Assembly: GCA_002869205.1 (NCBI GenBank)
Contig: PKTJ01000066.1
Coordinates: forward strand, 187 to 64,186
DNA from: Candidatus Parcubacteria bacterium
GTDB taxonomy: Bacteria; Patescibacteriota; Patescibacteriia; Magasanikbacterales; UBA922
Direction of reading: 5' to 3'
Length of the DNA stretch: 64,000 bases
The notes below the pieces were generated by a model. It was not told where the DNA came from and searched no databases. It saw only the letters and a list, made by a program, of their open reading frames with translations. This document shows positions 60,136-64,000 of the stretch, one piece after another. The translations under genes were made by a program, and so were the position numbers. The first letter of the stretch is position 1. Each line of letters starts with the position of its first letter.

Positions 60136-61173
60136 ATGCATATGATGTTATCTCAAAAAGAAAAATTATTTTTAATACCTCTTGGGCTTGTTGCTATTGT
60201 GGTAGCTGCGGTTGGTGGGTATGTTATTTCTGAAGTGGGTTTTTCTGGAGGTGGTGAGGAAAGACAAATAGTTTCATATAGTGAAGAATCACCTGATCAA
60301 GATGAAAATAAGATCGATACTAAAGTGGAGGATCAGATGATTTCGTGTGTCATGGTAGACAAAAGTTTGGATATTGTTCCAGACGAAGGTCTGGGTGTGT
60401 ATTACAAGACACGCTTGTTTCCTGTAGAGACAAATGTTAGGCATGATATTTTTGTAAATGATTCAGCAATTATTGCGTTTAAACATTTTAATGGAGGAGG
60501 GGACCCCTATAATTATGATGAGGAAAAGTGGAGTAAGTTTGCTGGACAAGGACCTTCTTATTTTGTCGAAATGCTAGATTTTTCTGCACCTAGGAATGTT
60601 TCTGTTATCCCAACTTTTTCTATTCCTCATGAGGTTATTACCAATGACAATTTTATGGGTAATATCACAAATGTGAGTTATGGTGATAGTTGGTTTATTT
60701 TCTCTCGGGGGTTTGCAGCGTTTACTGGTTCGGTGGTGGATCAGAGATTGACAGAGGTTGCCTATGATCGTAAGTTTCGAGAGATTGTTATTCCAGAAGA
60801 ATACACTGCTGATCCAGAATTTCGTTCTGGTCCGGTTCATGGTTTTACTGTTAATAATAATACGTCAACCATAGGAGACATGCTTGGTCTTTTGCGTGAT
60901 GATACCATTGTGTTTTCTTTGCAAAAAAATACTAGTACATATATTGGTTATGAAATAAAAAATGACTCATGGATAGAAGTTTCTGTAGATGAGATATATG
61001 ATGTTGATATGACAGTCTATGAAGAGGTTGGTGGACCACGTATATACAAACCCCTTGATCTTATCAAGGAGTATGGTTGTTTTGCACTTCCAACACCGCG
61101 TGGTGATATGGTTTTTACGTCGCATGAGCTTGGTAATCTGAATGACGAGATGGATGTGTGGTTTGCTCGATAG
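60136..61173 (+). CDS. Membrane-anchored hypothetical protein
   Basis: N-terminal TM helix, 345 aa, host-like composition. Confidence 0.7.
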   Translation: MHMMLSQKEKLFLIPLGLVAIVVAAVGGYVISEVGFSGGGEERQIVSYSEESPDQDENKIDTKVEDQMISCVMVDKSLDIVPDEGLGVYYKTRLFPVETNVRHDIFVNDSAIIAFKHFNGGGDPYNYDEEKWSKFAGQGPSYFVEMLDFSAPRNVSVIPTFSIPHEVITNDNFMGNITNVSYGDSWFIFSRGFAAFTGSVVDQRLTEVAYDRKFREIVIPEEYTADPEFRSGPVHGFTVNNNTSTIGDMLGLLRDDTIVFSLQKNTSTYIGYEIKNDSWIEVSVDEIYDVDMTVYEEVGGPRIYKPLDLIKEYGCFALPTPRGDMVFTSHELGNLNDEMDVWFAR

Positions 61174-61190
61174 GAATATAACATAATATC

Positions 61191-61220
61191 AAAAAATGAT
61201 CCGGAGAGGGTCATTTTTTA
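61191..61220 (+). terminator. Intrinsic terminator
   Basis: AAAAAATGATCC-ggaga-GGGTCATTTTTT. Confidence 0.7.
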
Positions 61221-61292
61221 TTTGCTTTTTATTTTTGGTCGTGTTAGGTTTTATATATTGTCAACAATGTTCTCCACCAGATGAGGTCTGAT

Positions 61293-62045
61293 ATGAGCAT
61301 CAGGTTTACGTGTGAAGTCGAGACGCCTGACGGTGTCGTGCGATTCGTTCTTGATTCGTGGCGTTCTTCGTCGGAGGATGATCGAACCATCGAGCCGGAG
61401 TTCTATGTGGATTACTGTGCGGATGGTCAGATCCCGCAGGGTCCTCATCACGAGGTCGAGATCCTCGAGCCGGCGAAGATCGGTGGTCACGAGCACGAAG
61501 AAGTCATCCACTATCACATCAATCGTGGTGGTGGGCAGTTCGTGTGCTGGACCGGTTCTCTGCCGTCGCTCAGTGCGGTCAGTACCATGCTTCGCGTGTG
61601 GTGTGCTGGGACTGCCTTCACCATGGCGACTGGTAAGGACTTCACGGTCGAGTTCGAGGGTGATTTCGATCAGATCGTACGCGGCCTTTCTGAGGCCGGA
61701 TACAAGGTAGTTCTGTGTCGTAACGACCTGCAGCAGTTCGAAATTAGTATGACGTTTTCTCATAACGTGACATGGTCTGCTTTCAGCTCACCGCTGGTCA
61801 AGGAGATCGTGGCGCGGCTGCCGCGTGAGCAAGAAGACGTCTTGCGTGCAGTAGTAGAACACTTGCGTTCTCGCACACCACACGAGAACGGCGCGATCGA
61901 AGACAGTCTCATGGTTGCCTGGGGTGTGTTCTGTCAGAGGCTTCGGGGTAATTTGGACCTCAGCGAGCCTATCGCGACGCCATTGGCGATCGGTGATCTG
62001 AGCGGGTGGGTTCTGTGGGCTGAAGAAAGCGCCAACATGTGCTGA
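61293..62045 (+). CDS. GC-rich hypothetical protein
   Basis: GAGGT SD before the ATG at 61293; strong third-position G/C bias. Confidence 0.7.
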   Translation: MSIRFTCEVETPDGVVRFVLDSWRSSSEDDRTIEPEFYVDYCADGQIPQGPHHEVEILEPAKIGGHEHEEVIHYHINRGGGQFVCWTGSLPSLSAVSTMLRVWCAGTAFTMATGKDFTVEFEGDFDQIVRGLSEAGYKVVLCRNDLQQFEISMTFSHNVTWSAFSSPLVKEIVARLPREQEDVLRAVVEHLRSRTPHENGAIEDSLMVAWGVFCQRLRGNLDLSEPIATPLAIGDLSGWVLWAEESANMC

Positions 62046-62118
62046 AGGGAGGGTGTTGTGGCACGTTCACCACCAAGGGGAAGCCCTGACTGATCGCACC
62101 GAACAGTCGGGGACAGTC

Positions 62119-62150
62119 AAAAACAGTCTAGTTTATAGACTGTTTTTTTG
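62119..62150 (+). terminator. Terminator of GC-rich unit 1
   Basis: AAAAACAGTCTA-gttta-TAGACTGTTTTTTT. Confidence 0.75.
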
Positions 62151-62238
62151 TGTTTTTACCCTTGACATAAGGGTTTTTTTGTGATACAACTCGAGCAGGT
62201 TTGAGAAAGCGAAACCAGGAAACAACAGGAGTGACATC

Positions 62239-63060
62239 ATGTCGCATAAGAATAGTTCGCGTTCGTTCATGCAGAACCTCGGTACGTACCGTGTGCAGCG
62301 TAGAATCTTCATTTTTTCGACACTTATCTCTCTGATCGTGATGTGTTCACTGCGTTCGGATAGCAGCGACGACCAAGAACAAGAGGTCGCTGTGTCAGCC
62401 ACTCCTGTCATCGTGCCGACGCAGTCCGGTCGTCCGGCGATTCCTGGACCGCTCGAGATTCCGAGCGATGAATTCAGGAAGTGGTCGGCCAAAGAGCTTG
62501 ATCGAATCGTGCGTACACACCCGAGTGAATTGATCTCTCGAGATCTGCTCGGACATGTCGAGGCACGTCCTCGCCGAGTTCATCCGAGTTTCGCTCTCGT
62601 CGAGACACCGGTACCACGCATGGCACAAGCGTTTTGCGATCTTCTGCCAAGCAGTGGAACTCGCGTGGGCTTCACCATCTTTCCGAGACTGTTCTTTGCA
62701 GACAATGTCTCGGATGTGGATCGTTACACCGCGCTTTACCATGAGTATGACCATATCGCCGAGATGCTGGCAGACCCATCCCTGTGTCCGTTTTTCTCAG
62801 AGACATGGGTCGGCACGTCTCTCGAGGTCCGTAGGTTTTTTGACCTCGAGATGCAGGCCTACAGCGCGGCATGTGAATTCGAGATCGTACATGAGCTTGT
62901 GGACCGGGCGCACCAGTCGGGCTGTCGCATATATCGCGATCAGGGTCCGGAGACTTATCTGAGGCTCACCTCTACACGTCTCGAAGCTATGCCGATCTTC
63001 GCGCCGTACCGGAACAAGCTTCTGGGATGGGCGCGTGAGTACATCGAACATAATCGTTAG
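62239..63060 (+). CDS. GC-rich membrane-anchored protein with HEXXH motif (putative metallopeptidase)
   Basis: TTGACA promoter at 62162, AGGAG SD, N-terminal TM, LYHEYDH and downstream LEMQAY. Confidence 0.7.
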   Translation: MSHKNSSRSFMQNLGTYRVQRRIFIFSTLISLIVMCSLRSDSSDDQEQEVAVSATPVIVPTQSGRPAIPGPLEIPSDEFRKWSAKELDRIVRTHPSELISRDLLGHVEARPRRVHPSFALVETPVPRMAQAFCDLLPSSGTRVGFTIFPRLFFADNVSDVDRYTALYHEYDHIAEMLADPSLCPFFSETWVGTSLEVRRFFDLEMQAYSAACEFEIVHELVDRAHQSGCRIYRDQGPETYLRLTSTRLEAMPIFAPYRNKLLGWAREYIEHNR

Positions 63061-63147
63061 GCTGAGGAGGTGCCTCAAGAACCCGACGCCCAAAGCGTCT
63101 GGCTGGTCCCGCAGGGATCATTCAGCGAGCGTGCATCGGGATCAGTC

Positions 63148-63178
63148 AAAAACAGCTTTTTCTAAAAGGCTGTTTTTG
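63148..63178 (+). terminator. Terminator of GC-rich unit 2
   Basis: AAAAACAGCTTTT-tct-AAAAGGCTGTTTTT. Confidence 0.75.
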
Positions 63179-63350
63179 TTTTGACCCACTCACAAAAACA
63201 TGTTAAAATAATCCACCTGTGATAAGGCGCGTGAGCGTTTTGTCACGGTTTTTTGTAATGTTGAGACAGAGGAGTGGGTTTGATAGCTTTGTTTGTGTCG
63301 GGATTGGCCCGTCGCTGGCAAGGTGTCTAACTCACTTTTCGAGGTAGTCC

Positions 63351-63974
63351 ATGCGCGTTTGTAGCTTGTTCTCGATCCTGGTTCTCAGTGTCTCTTTCTC
63401 CTTCCTCGCTGCGTGCAACGATGATTCGTCTGGCGGCAGCGGTACGGTGGAGGAGACTGAGTACATCTCCTGCAATCCGGCTATGGGAGGTGACTGCCCG
63501 GATGGATCCTCGTGCGCTCGTCTCGAAGGCGATGCGCACACGCTCTCGGTATGCGTCCAGGACGAGCACGTGCCCTGTGTCGCCGACTTCGAGTGCGATG
63601 GCGGGCAGTGTATCTCCGTCCAGGGTCTTCAGCAGACCATCTGCACTCAGTCCTTGGCTGAAGATATCGGCTGTCCGTTCTACGGCTTTGATGAGCTCGA
63701 GTACGAGGTGAAGGTCGGGAACGAGACGTTCTACTTGCTCACCGAGTATGTCTCGGAATCGTGTGAGCTGTCCATGAGGCTGAAGTCCGACCTTAGCAAC
63801 ATGGCCTGGCATTACGTCTTGTACGTCGATGAGGATGACAGCCTCCGTGGCGTCGTCGGCAATGGCGCCCAGGTCGAAGTCCTTCACCTCAGCTTGGGCT
63901 GGATCCAGGTTCGTGAGACCGATCCGGACGGCGGCGCCGACCCGATCGAATACACCTTCTTCCTCGTACCGTAG
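63351..63974 (+). CDS. GC-rich Cys-rich lipoprotein
   Basis: TTGACC-N17-TAAAAT promoter at 63181, GAGGT SD, LAAC lipobox, Cys-rich repeats. Confidence 0.75.
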   Translation: MRVCSLFSILVLSVSFSFLAACNDDSSGGSGTVEETEYISCNPAMGGDCPDGSSCARLEGDAHTLSVCVQDEHVPCVADFECDGGQCISVQGLQQTICTQSLAEDIGCPFYGFDELEYEVKVGNETFYLLTEYVSESCELSMRLKSDLSNMAWHYVLYVDEDDSLRGVVGNGAQVEVLHLSLGWIQVRETDPDGGADPIEYTFFLVP

Positions 63975-64000
63975 CCCAGCTTCGGTGGCTGAGGATCTTA

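Noticed and set aside
61191-64000. Integron cassette array
   Set aside because: No RYYYAAC/GTTRRRY attC pattern and no integrase in the window; the units have their own promoters and terminators.

Overview
AT-rich bacterial chromosome segment using genetic code 11. The gene content and style (eukaryote-like GlyQS, DUF4012-like protein, HTH/nucleotidyltransferase-like protein, AT-rich start regions with no Shine-Dalgarno motif) point to a Patescibacteria/CPR genome, probably Parcubacteria; this is an inference. The backbone is housekeeping: clpC, phosphomannomutase, htpX/lemA, rseP, pheST, dnaE, prs, tsaD/tsaB, rplJL, mreB, holB, frr, dtd, Pif1-like helicase, glyQS, M16 peptidase, tpiA, pyk, ppsA, and tRNA-Glu/Thr/Tyr. 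Six things stand out. (1) A complete de novo NAD cluster with a NadM-NadA fusion and a nadB split by one stop codon inside a heptamer repeat. (2) A PEP synthase fused to a lipoprotein-type signal and a predicted extracytoplasmic domain. (3) An ultrashort, transcription-terminating glycine T-box. (4) An FMN-riboswitch-like RNA with a remodelled 3' end, ahead of an EamA transporter. (5) A scattered class of GC-rich genes that carry Shine-Dalgarno motifs, unlike the host genes, and sit in units with their own promoter and terminator. (6) At least five families of miniature repeats, several inserted in frame into enzymes. No CRISPR array, integrase, transposase or rRNA was seen. All calls were made by eye from motifs; no searches were run.
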